This document shows, one piece after another, positions 12,376 through 24,500 of a stretch of DNA of 64,000 bases. Position 1 is the stretch's first letter; each line of letters starts with the position of its first letter. The position numbers and the translations under genes were made by a program. Under the pieces are notes generated by a model, which was given only the letters and a program-made list of their open reading frames with translations, did no database searches and was not told the DNA's origin. Source of the DNA: Klebsormidium nitens (Eukaryota; Plantae; Klebsormidiophyceae); NCBI GenBank assembly GCA_000708835.1, contig DF236950.1:287355-351354 (forward strand), written 5' to 3'.

Positions 12376-13795
12376 ACTTTGTCTAGGGTAGGAGGATCCT
12401 AGACCGAGACCGGACTCTTATATCTTCGGACTGTTGGCGTTGCCGACCCATTTATACCGGGCTCGTGTGTGAGCTCCTCCGGCATGACTCTGACCGTCTC
12501 GGAGTCGAGGCTCGCGAGTGGGTCGCGCCTCGCGAGTCGCAACTTGGCAAAGTTGCAAATTTCGCAAGTGCTGTTCCACTTCGCCAGCCGTCCGATGCGC
12601 TTTGTCGGGCGCACAACAAGGACCGTACACTCAAAAGATTAGAACAAATCCAAGGAGAATCTAGGGCATATGGGCTGGCAGCCCGGCTGGCCCCGGCGTT
12701 CATCGGTTCATGTCATCAGGAAGGGGCGCGTTCCCAATGAGTGACCCAAACTTGGACCCATTGAAGTTTCAAGAGCCTTCCAAAACCACCCAAAAATCCG
12801 ATTCTGGCCATAAAAGATCGGCGGCAATCATTCTATGTTATATCATAATACAGTACCTATGCGGCACGGTGTCCTCACGTTGCTGATGACTGGGTGTTTC
12901 GTGGCGCGGCCGCCAAGATTTAAAAGTAGGCAACTTGTTATTGTCATAAACGCAATCGCGGTGGCATGAACAAAGATACTGGATAACGCAACTCGATCAT
13001 GGGCTCTGGCTACGACTTTGTAAAAGGAGACGTCTTATATACTGTCGCTAGTATCAGTAATTCGATAGCGGGTCAATGCATACTGCAATCTACTGTCCAC
13101 CCACACCCGTCCGCGATCATAGTTCTGCACTCACAAACTTTGTACGAAGGTATTAGGTTTGATGCCCATTTCAACGATCGGTCAGACTAAACATATTTTC
13201 ATGCAAAATCCACACTATTTAATGGCTAGCTTTGCGCCTCTAGGTTTACCTAGGGCCGACTGGTAAATCGCAATATGCTCAGCCGCCATGATGGGCCATT
13301 CGACTGGTAGAATGTAGGCTACATGGAGTCTGTGGCGGTGACTTCGCTACGGTCTAAAGAACTAGCTGTTATGTAAAACTCCGATGCTAGCGCTGTGAAG
13401 TGCAACATGATTGCACTCATTCCAGACGGACAAGCATGCATATAGCTCGAGCTACCTGAATGGTACCAACAACTCGAGGGTTTCTGTATAAGATAACCCC
13501 CGTTCAATTTCGTTATTTGAATGAAAAGTCTTCAGTGCTGTCTGTCTAAAGTAAGTCCTACCGCACAAATCTGAATCATGTCGGTCACACCTTGTTCGTA
13601 AAGGAATATGAAGCAACCAGCTGAAAGTATATATCTACAAATAGCAGGCTGTGACTACGTACTGAATAATGGTGTCTATCAACCAGAGCGGGAGTCATTG
13701 TTCCGGAAGTAACGAGCTTGGTTCAATCTGTTCAGCAGATTGGAAAGAAACGGTCAGCGATTAGTAAGAAGCTTGGAAACCAGAGCGAAGTACGT

Positions 13796-16700
13796 TCATA
13801 TGCATCTACGGTCTTCCTGATCGCGGGCAGGATTTACAAGCATATGTCCGCTCATCTGCAACGTAAGGGGGTGGCAGATAAAGTTGTAAACTGACTGCCG
13901 AAACGTCCTTCGCGGACCCCTGTGTGTGCGCCCGCGGATATGTTCATTCTCGAATGACCGAGAGAAAATCTCATCTTGCACAAAGAACGCACAAAAGAAC
14001 CTGCCCACTTCGACATTGAGGGCGAGCGAAACTGACAAACCATCACAGGGTTCGATACAAAGTTGACCTGCACAGCGCACGGCGGCGCTCACCTTGATAT
14101 GGTGCGGCAAGATCTTGACGTCATGCGGCGCAAAGAGCCACGAGTCAAGCGGGTACTGGAGGAAGTTCTCCAGCTTGCTGGTGTACACGTCAGCATACCG
14201 CTGCACGTTGTACGCAAACGCGGACTCCTTGGCGGCGTGGGTCAAGAACGCGGACCCGAAGTACGCGCTGAACATGGTCTTCATGGCCGCCTTTGCCTCC
14301 CGTCGCGCGAGCTGCAAAGAACAGGGTTAGACGTATAGGATACTATAATCTCTTCCGTAGGCGTCCGTGCGTTTGCCTTGTGTTCAGACCTCCCACTGAA
14401 CACAGCAAGAAAAGGAGGATGCAGCCTTAAGTTTTCTTCCCCTCCTGTGTCAGCTTGTTAATATTCTGAAAAGCGAAGGGAAGACCCGACGAAGCAACTC
14501 TTCCGTTGATGGTTGAATTCTTGGATCTCGTTTCCAACAGCCGGATCCTTGTTGCTCTCACAGCAAGCGTAAGCACCGTCCACCTCGTGCAGAGTACGAA
14601 CTCTTTCGCATCCCCAATCACTTTAAAATATCAAAACAGCGGCCAACCACATCCTCTGACCATTCGAGATCAATAAAAGGAGAGATTCTTTGCTCCGGAC
14701 GCACTTGCAGCTGTTTCAGGAACTCAGCGTCGGCGGGAGTGCGCCCGGTGGCTGGGAAGCCGTGGAACCGGCCCAGCAGCTCCTGCAACGCGTGGTACTT
14801 GGCCTGCTGGAACCGGTACTGCGGCCGGTTCTGAGTGTCAATGTCGTGCTGCAAAGAGATACGTAGACTTTGAAACAATGTAAAGAGTGCGTGATTGTTG
14901 AGCGGGGCGAGAGTGTCGAACGTTGGGCAGAGGGCGTAGCGGAAGAATTTGATAAGTAAAAGAACATGTGCGTAGCGCGTTACGGGTTGACTCGCTCACA
15001 GTCCTCTTCTCTCAAGTACTTTTCTCACCAATACAACGTGCTGCATCCGACATGTTGCTATGAATCAAGTTCGAAGCATAGACTCTGCGAATGGGACCAG
15101 ATGGAGTTCCGCGAATCGCAGCAACCGATTCCGCAAAGCGAGCTCGCTCTTCAGATGAAAGCCATTTGAACTCTGCCGAAAGTACTCACTTCGAGCTCCC
15201 GGATGATGGCGGCCGTCCGCCAGCCAGCACGTGTCGGCCCCCTCAGATCGCTGTACAGGTGGTCGCCGAAGTAGAGGACCTGCACGCAAGAAAGGGTGGA
15301 GTTAGCCTTAGCCCCCGCAAGCCATCCAGCATGTCAGGGAAGTTGTTATTTGGCCCCGAGATTCCTCTCAGGTGTCACCGGGGCAGGGGTGGGCCGTGAC
15401 CTGTTCCATTCTCTGCAGACATCGTCTCAGAAAGGCCCAGTGTCTCGTGTTGAAACACTCCTGTTAGGTAGGGAAACACCCTGCTTCTACCGATTTAAGC
15501 CAGCCTTTCGCTCGTTAATTTTGCTGCTTCCAGAGTGTGGCTTCTAGGTGACCGTCTAGGGGAGCGTCGACTCGGCTGGTCGTCAACATGCAGCTTGGCG
15601 ACTTTTCTACTGCATAAATGCATTGTTGACATGTTCGTGCAAGCGCGATTGAACAGCATATGAGGCCGGCCTAATGCACCTATTACGTGCACTCCAATCC
15701 TGACAAAGGGAGGCATGCATCCCTCGACTCTTCAAACAAAAAGGGGTGAGTTAGAAAGGGGCCGAAGAGAAAAGACTCCTTAAAAGGTCAACGGTAGGAG
15801 GTTTTGAGATTTGAGATCCTGTGCGCTCACGTCGGAGCCTTTCCATCCGCTGATGGTGAGGAAGTCCTTGAGGCAACCGTGGTAGTAAACGCTCCCGGGC
15901 TTGAAGTCGCGCACCGTGCGCCACGTCAGGCTGTCCTTCTTGTCATTGTAAAACCTGCATAAGCAGCGGGGAGATCAGCCCGCGTGCATCGCGACAACGA
16001 AAAGCAAGATTAAAAAAACCGGTAAAAAGTGCAAATAGCGGCGAGCGGCAAAGAAAGGCCGACGGAGAGTACACGTGATCGAAGAAGCTCTTCCTGACCA
16101 GTGTTGCGAATGCTTAAACGGATTAAATGCATCACGCATTTTCAGCACACTGAAAGTATCATCTCCGGCTAAACGACCAAGCACAAGTCGTAGTCACCCT
16201 GAATCCTCATGTGCGCAGAGACAAAGCACGGCATACCATTTGAGAAGTCCCCGATACTCACCTGAACGGTCGCTCGGACGTGTACCAGTTGGGCTTGTCC
16301 GCCAGCGCAATGACGACGTCAAAGAGCTGCCGCCAGCTCTGGCCGTCTTGCCCGTCGTCCTGCGCCCAAGAACAAAGTCTGCTTTCGTTTAAAAAACCGT
16401 ATAGCAGCAAAAAGAGAGCGTGATCACACGATTGGTCGGAAGGAAGTACGTCTCGAAGCTGAAGGGCGGGAGTGGTGCATCAGGGGATTCTTCGGTTCGC
16501 AAGACGTGCTTGGAAGGTACCAAGAGGCTCGCAGCACTTTTCCCTACATTTCGTCCACCTAATTTAGTTCCCAAGATCGGGAATGTCCATTCCAAGGTGG
16601 ACGCAATACCTGGAAAAGGTAGCGCATGCCGCCGTCCACGAAGAAGAAGGGCGAGTTGGTCAGGATGAACAGCTTCTTGCCGCTCGCCTTGAGCCGCTTC

Positions 16701-19700
16701 AGCTGCTGGATCACGCCGGGCTGGCACAAGAGCGGATCGAGCGGAATGAGCGGAATGAGCGGAAGGAGCGGGGCGAGCTGAGCGAAATAAACGTCGCACA
16801 TCTCGTCGAAGATGACTCCGACCATGCGGTTTACGGCACTGTCCTCTAAGCAGAGAGCAAATATCTGCAGACTAACGAAGTGTATCCTCCTCCAAATTTT
16901 GCGAAACTGCCTCTCCGTGTGCAGGCCTCACATAGCACGGCAATCGATCAACCAAGAAAGTGCCAGAAGCGGCGAAAGTGCCTTCGAAACTTGGAGTTAT
17001 GCAGATGGTAACTTACCTGTTTCAATAGAAACTGGCTCGGCTTTTCTAGGATTGCTCGATGCATTAGCGCGCTGCGGTGCACGTAATCAATGGACTTCTT
17101 GACGTCTTCATAGACGTACCTGCAAGAAAAGCGTAAGAAGTACTGGACGTGAACAGCGGCAAATGCGAAAATTGGCCATTTTTGGAAAGACGTCACTTTC
17201 ATTGAGCGATGCACCACAAACTCTCTTTGGAGTTTGTCCCAACCCTTGAGCCAGGAAATGAAAATGGACGTTGAAACATGGACTCACAGAAATCCAGCCT
17301 GACCTGGGCAGGAAACTCGATCAGATCTCGCTTTTAAGTTCGAAAAAGACCCCTTGCCCTGTTGTCAACATTCCGGTAGTTGAGACGGGGAATTTTGAAC
17401 GACTTTCTGACTCAGCGGCTGACTCAGCGGACGGGTATGAAGAACTTACATGGGGTCGAACTCGATGCGGGAAGAAACGAAGTGCTGTATAACGTCCGAT
17501 ATAAGACAGGCCTGCGGAAGATCGTACGAGTCGTTTAAAGTTGCCATGATATAGTGGTATGTGCGACGCAAAGAGCACGAGACGACCGATCGAGAGGACG
17601 ATAATCCAAGACTCTTGTAGGTTTTCGAATAAGCTCTGAAGCACTGACATGAGGTACACACCAGAACAAGTTGACATTGGTCGTTTGCACTCCTCCAACG
17701 AGAACTCTACGTCTCCAAGGCTCAGAATGCGTCTCCAGCTTTACTGATAAGGCAAAGCCGCCGTTGGCATCTTAAGAAAAGGCCGCCTGCTTTATAACGG
17801 CAAAGACTTCAAGCTCGTACCTCGGACAAGCAGAAGAGGTCCATCAGCGAGACGAGGTTGTGCATGTAGTCGCTCGGGATGGCCTGCCGCCCGTATGCTT
17901 CCTCGATCTCCTGTCGTGACAAGGCGCGACGGCCAAAGTAGGCGGCGCCCGGCTCAACCGCGTGGAAGAAGTCTAGCTTTAAAAGATAACCCTGAAGACA
18001 AGAACGCTGGATTCAGTTGACTGAGTTTCAATTGAAGCAGACAGGCAAGGAACTAGTGTTCCCCAAATTGCTAAGTTCAAAGGTAGGTTGTTAATGAGTC
18101 CTCATACTTACTGTGAGCCTGCAAGGTGATCCAATCAGAAACCGGCTAAAGAGGCCAGGAGGCTGGTAGATGGCATCACAGGTCTATCGTTTGATTAATC
18201 GGACTGAAACGGCTTCTGTGGAGATAGCAGCTTTCGGGGTGCCGCTTCAAACAATGACACAGATGCTCGGTGTCTCCAGAGGCATTTCTTCATACTAGCG
18301 ACTCTTGATGCGTTGTCGAGCAAATTAAGAGCCGTGGTGTAAAGTCCTCATGTTGCAAATGAAGGAAAGTAATTCTTACCCGTCGTTTGTCATAGTAGAG
18401 GCCCCTGATGGGGAACTTTTCGTCGTATCGGAAGCTGAGTATGTCTCGAGGGTATCGAAACTGCGAAAAGCAGATACAATTGAACGTGAGATGCTCCAAA
18501 CAAGAAGACAACGTTATGCAACGGCTTTGTCAGGAGCTCCGAATCAACCTTCTATCTCCAGTCGGAATATCGTTCCACGATGTACACCAATAATATCTAA
18601 AAGGTCATCCGAGAGTCACAGCACGACTATAAAAGAGTGCCAGAAAGTGGTAAAGCTCACTTTCACGTCAAAAGGCCTAAAGTGAAAACGAATGGTGCCA
18701 AGCTTACCTCTTTGACGAGGTGATGGACAGCGAGATTGTAGATGAGCGGCTGCAGATGCTCAGTATAGTGAGCGATAGTGTAGTCGTAGTCAAATCCGTA
18801 CACTGAGATCTGATCCAGCCGCAGCGAGCGGTTCGGGTAGATGGCTGCACCAGGCAGATACTTCGTGAACACCTTTGCAAAAGGATGACGCCTTGAATGC
18901 GTGACACTCAGAAAGATGCCCTCTTGCAAATGATGGCGCCTTACAGTGACATTAGAAATAAATGTACCATTGCAGGTCGGCTAGGATCCACTGTTCCCCG
19001 ACCATGCAAAAAGTCCGTTGATAAGTGTCCAGGGAGGTGATCGAACCGGCAAAGACTCGTCAAGGGCAAGTGCAGGAGAATCACTGCACTTACCATTGCA
19101 GCTTCTTCAGAGGTTTGATGATTCCAGCAATTAGTGTCTGTGTGCAATGAGTGTCCTTTTCACTCCGCCTGACGCAGCATCATCAACTTGAAAGTCAATC
19201 GAACGAAGTAGGTCTGAAAAATCGAGGAGGGCCCACCGGTCCGCGTAGTGTGTGATCAGGCTATGCCAATCTTAGAAATTGTGATGCAGGCTAGAAAAAG
19301 GACTTTGAAACTTTGAGGGATGTTGCGACTGTTGCTAAGCAAATGCGTCAGTGTGCCCGTCTCTGACCCGCCTCACCAGAGGGATTCATCAGGGGCGTAC
19401 TGCTCAGCGGCAGCCCCTGGACAGCTTGTGCCGCTTCAAACGCGTCTCGGAGTTGCCGAAGCCCCTCCAGAACTGCCCCGGTACTCTGTCTGCCTTGCGA
19501 GTAACCTCCCCCCCAGGCCGGCCCAGATTTCGCCCCCGCTTCTAGTTGTTCTCCCTTTTGAGAATGGCTGGATGCTGAGCTATTTTCACCTGATGCTTCA
19601 GCGGCTTCGACGTCATGCAATATCAGATCTTCCAACGCAACGCGGTCGCTCAGTTCTGACACTTCCTCGGAGGCGGCATGTTCGAATCGCTCTCTGCCGG

Positions 19701-20559
19701 GATGCAAGGGATGAGCTGCTTCATCACCCACTAGGCCACCGGTCCGATCTGCATTATAAGCGCAGAGAGATTTCTGGATTGTCATCCACTATTGGCTTTT
19801 GAGTTTGTACTAAACAATAGAAACGAGTCCAGCGGATTCATGTCCTGTTAGTGATTTGAATAAATGGAAGAGAGTCGAAAAGCCTCCAGACACAGTGTTG
19901 GTCGTGCACCACTCTATCAAACCACAAAATGATAGCGGTCAAGCGATCAGTGTAGCTGTAGTCCAATTGGCGACAAGATCTGCAAGATCTGCAATTGCTT
20001 GCCCCACAACGAAATTCACCGCCTTTGCAAATCTAATAGTTTCTAACAGATTTCTCACAATTGCCCCAACAAACTGCTGGTTGGTGTGATGCAAAGGAGA
20101 CCAGCTGATCCTTGATTGAATTCAGATTGTCTGTGATTGGCATGCTTCACCTCTGGAGTTGATCCCAGGACCCAAGCCTCCGGGTTGCTCCATTGAGGGC
20201 GCCAACTCTTCCGCCAGGACTCTCTCCGGTCTAGTGTCATCCTCTGTAAGCGCTTGCCCCGGGATTGATTGCTCAGCAAAGTTATCTGGTGCGAAATGGT
20301 CTGGTACTGCAGAGCAGAGGCCAGTGGTCCCATACTGCCTGCACTGCATACTCTGCAGTAGAGCCCCATTTAGACTAGGCTGCTGTCGTATGCTGGGAGA
20401 GAATGCAGAAAGCGTTCGTGCTGCAGACATCAACAGCCCATCGCCTAGGAATGGGCTGATCGGAGTGCTAAGCTCTTGCACCCGATGCCTCCCCACTTCA
20501 TTGATCAACCTATTCAAACTAAGCGAGAAACCGCCAAGCGATCTGCGGAGGGCTGCCAT
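13796..20559 (-). CDS. HAD-superfamily 5'-nucleotidase, cN-II/NT5DC family, with an N-terminal organellar transit-peptide-like region; about 12 exons
   Basis: HAD motif I YGFDYDYTI (exon 18711-18844), RGLYYD, LLKLD, motif II KLFILTNSPFFFVDGGM, LFDVVIALADKPNWY, motif IV LYFGDHLYSDL, and C-terminal RYADVYTSKLENFL..PHHIK. The last exon 13796-13855 ends RRCI*. The first exon MAALRRSLGGFSLS is Arg/Ser/Leu-rich. Confidence 0.93.
16730..16774. repeat. 9-bp tandem repeat GAGCGGAAT-like x5 next to a 3' splice site of the nucleotidase gene
   Basis: GAGCGGATC GAGCGGAAT GAGCGGAAT GAGCGGAAG GAGCGGGGC. Confidence 0.85.
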
Positions 20560-21558
20560 ATCGTCTGAAAGAATGGATCATCTCTGGATTTGAAATAATC
20601 AATTCAGTACACGCACATTGCAGGCGATCACCAATGCAGATTTGGATGAAAGTTGTCACGAAACGGGACCTTAGGCTTTGAGATCTTCATTAGCGTCTGA
20701 ACAAGGTACTCAAGAACTCAGCATTTGGAGGCGTTATGGACTGCTTGGAGTAGGCCCGAGCTACCGGTACTGCAGCAGCTAGGCTTGCAAGCTGGAGCAG
20801 TGTAGTCTGCGAGATGAGTGAGACAACTTGAAGTTGAAGTGGAGAGCAGAGCTAGTGGCAGTGCGCTGATTCTGAACCAGAGCGGCGGTAGATCCATGCA
20901 AAGCTAGCTGCTGCTGACTCTGAGTCTGAGTCTGAGTCTGGCCTGGGCAACCGGACTACTGGCATTCACCAGCCGAAACAGCGCCGGCCGACTTCCGAGA
21001 GTCTCGGGCACGAGCTGTCTACTCTCGACGGTCAAGAGTTGTCCTGAGTCAATGAAGGTAACAACCAGGGCGGCTCTGGTTGACACGCGTCAGATGGGAG
21101 GAAGCAGAGTCAGCCCTTTAGCCAGCCCAGGAAGTTGCCAAGCTGGCACTTGCTGCAGCATTGGCATGCAGCTGGTACGGCCATGGCGGCCATTCCGGAG
21201 AAGAATTGGTGAAGACAAGGGCGCAGACGTATGTGCAAACGAGGAAAAGTGCATGAAAAAGCTCCTCCTCGTTTGCAGTAGGTAGGCACTGTCAGGAAAG
21301 TGACAAGAACTTACAGCTGCCAGAACTTACGGCTGCCCACAAAGGGCCTTCAAAATTTTGTAAGGAGGAAGGGTGAAAGAAGCTGCAAGTAACTGGCAAC
21401 TTTGATTTCGTGAAGGTGAAGAGTTTCCTTCATAAGGTTGCGGACATAGGTTCTGCTCCTGTTCTGCTTGTCGTTGTGGCATTGTGATTGGCAAGATCTC
21501 ATAGAGCTGGACCGGGTGCGGTACAGATCTCAGCAGCTCTCTTTGAGAACTCTGTTCT
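20560..21558. promoter_or_regulatory. Divergent (head-to-head) promoter region between the nucleotidase and UGT80 genes; contains a (CTGAGT)n microsatellite at 20914-20940
   Basis: Start codons at 20559 (-) and 21559 (+) face away from each other about 1 kb apart. Promoter function is inferred from position only. Confidence 0.6.
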
Positions 21559-24500
21559 ATGATGGCAGGGAGTGTGGGACACAACGCACCTACTAAAAAA
21601 GCAGAGGAGGAGTCACCTATTCCCCCCAATGCGACATTGTCTGAGCTGATTGGTGGGACGCCCTCAGAGTTTAGTTCTGGTGAAGGAGGAGGGGGTCCCN
21701 NNNNNNNNNNNNNNNNNNNNNNNNNNNNNNNNNNNNNNNNNNNNNNNNNNNNNNNNNNNNNNNNNNNNNNNNNNNNNNNNNNNNNNNNNNNNNNNNNNNN
21801 NNNNNNNNNNNNNNNNNNNNNNNNNNNNNNNNNNNNNNNNNNNNNNNNNNNNNNNNNNNNNNNNNNNNNNNNNNNNNNNNNNNNNNNNNNNNNNNNNNNN
21901 NNNNNNNNNNNNNNNNNNNNNNNNNNNNNNNNNNNNNNNNNNNNNNNNNNNNNNNNNNNNNNNNNNNNNNNNNNNNNNNNNNNNNNNNNNNNNNNNNNNN
22001 NNNNNNNNNNNNNNNNNNNNNNNNNNNNNNNNNNNNNNNNNNNNNNNNNNNNNNNNNNNNNNNNNNNNNNNNNNNNNNNNNNNNNNNNNNNNNNNNNNNN
22101 NNNNNNNNNNNNNNNNNNNNNNNNNNNNNNNNNNNNNNNNNNNNNNNNNNNNNNNNNNNNNNNNNNNNNNNNNNNNNNNNNNNNNNNNNNNNNNNNNNNN
22201 NNNNNNNNNNNNNNNNNNNNNNNNNNNNNNNNNNNNNNNNNNNNNNNNNNNNNNNNNNNNNNNNNNNNNNNNNNNNNNNNNNNNNNNNNNNNNNNNNNNN
22301 NNNNNNNNNNNNNNNNNNNNNNNNNNNNNNNNNNNNNNNNNNNNNNNNNNNNNNNNNNNNNCAGAGTTTAGTTCTGGTGAAGGAGGAGGGGGTCCCGGGG
22401 CGGCAGTTGCAGGCGTCGCCGCGAGTGGCTACGAAAGTGCTAAGTTGCCTGAGAGTTTGATCAGCGGTGCGAAGCAGGCTGCTCGCGAGTCCAAGGCCGA
22501 CGAGAACAAGGACGTTACCCCTGTGCCTGAGCAACCCCCTAGCCAGCCTGCGACTTTCTCCGACGCCGTGCCATATATCACCACACCCCTAGAAGCTCAG
22601 ACTGCCCCCAACGGGACGATGGCAGGGGACCCCAAGGCTGAGCTGGCGGCGGTGCCGGAGGGGATCCCACTTGCAAACGGTCAGGCGACAGGGATGCAAC
22701 TGGCAAGGCCTAAGCTGCAGCGGTCAGAATCGAAGATGGTGTCGGCGGTCAAGAACTGGAAGAAGGGAACAGAAAGGGTGAGCTGTTCATTCATGTGCTG
22801 AGTCTTATTGCTGAGGGAGGAAAGTGAAGTCTCTTGCAGGCTTTGTCTTCCCCAATGTGAAATGCCATAAAATGGACTTTTGTGTAGAAATGGCTCCCTG
22901 ATGACCAGGCATCAAACACACCAAGTCAGTGGTGTATAGCTCTGGGTCTTCATAAAGAACGTGCTTTCAAATGTAGCGGACTCTTGTCGCTTGGTTTTCC
23001 CTACACGCAGCGCCTCCTCAAGTTGTTCTTGTGGTGGAGCTGTACTTTCTAGGAGAAAGTTTGCGAACTTGGAAGAATCTGCACGATCAATTCTCACATT
23101 TTTCTTGTCTTGATTCAGATTTGGGGGGCATTTTCAAAAAAAGAGGTTTTCCCCGAATTGGGCGCCTTTTCAATGTATCTTTTCTTCTAAGTACCTGTTT
23201 TGTAACATGTTCAAAGTAACCAAGTGATGACAACATTACGCCCTTTTTGTGCGATTGCTTACAACTATCAGTAGATCTGGTTACTACAGTCCTTGTGTCT
23301 GGGCAGCATTTACTGATCTCTGTGGTTAGTTGTCTGAAGGAACCGCTTCTACTTGAAGAGCACGGGATCTTTACATCTTTCATCTTTCGCCCTGATCTTA
23401 CCCAAACACATTGTTGTCTCGACGCTTGTTCCTTAAACACCCATTCTCTTAAGCACTGATACCTGGGGCAGACGCATATTTCTATCTTTTGCTCTTAAGC
23501 CATCTTGGCTTTCAAGCGATATCAAAACCACATTTTCTCTTTAAAAAGGTATCACATTCTAAAGATGTCAGGGTTTCTCGCTTCCCAGGCGAAGATCCTC
23601 AAGAGGCTGGCGGCAGGGGCAACAGTTGCAGATGACTACGGGGTCTACTTTGACGATAAGAACCTGTCCAAGCACCACAACTTTGATGAGACGGATCAGT
23701 GTCAGTGGACCAGGCCGCAGTACGAGACGCTCAACGACGGCATGTGCCAGTCCCTCAGCATCTGCATCATGATTACTGGAACCCGGGGGGACGTGCAGCC
23801 GTTTGTCGCCATCGGACAGAAGCTCAAGGTACGGCGCCGGAACAACTTTATCTGCCAGGGTTGATTCCAAGTATTTCTGGGATATACAAATCGTCAAATC
23901 AAGCTGTTCAAGTCTGTGCAAGCTAGGTAAATTCGGCTGCACCAAGGATATGGTTCTTAAGGATCTGAGCCTTATCAACTCTCATCTGGCGGAGCAAGCA
24001 TTTGTGATTTATACACAGCAGGGGCGCCTCCTTAGCTAACCACTCTGGTTGACCTGCAGGAGTATGGTCATCGGGTGCGTTTGGCAACACATTCCAACTT
24101 CCGCGACTTTGTTGTCAAGGACGGGGGCCTTGAGTTTTACCCGCTAGGTGGAGACCCGAAGATCCTGGCCGCATGTGAGTGGGGAAGCTCGTTCATCTGG
24201 AGGCTGATTCCTTTCATCCACCGACTCGGCCAACAAGCATTTGCTTTGGACACATTGATTGCACATGTTTCAACCAATCGAAGGCCCCGTTTCTATCTTC
24301 GAAAGCAGTGTCGGCTGTTTCCTGAAGTGAGACAAGTGTGTGTTCACGCACTTGACGATCCTTATTGGTCGGCCAATCATCATGCAAGTCGTACTTCGAG
24401 AGTGTCCAACACGTCGTCACGCCTGTTCCATCCTTTTAACTCTTGGTTGCCGAAGCTTCGGAAGGCGCTTAACCTTATCGCTGCGGTTATCCAAAATCGC

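Noticed and set aside
21559-22801. Three long ORF-track entries (270, 383, 287 aa) around 21.6-22.8 kb
   Set aside because: Their length comes from translating Ns; the real sequence is UGT80 exon 1.
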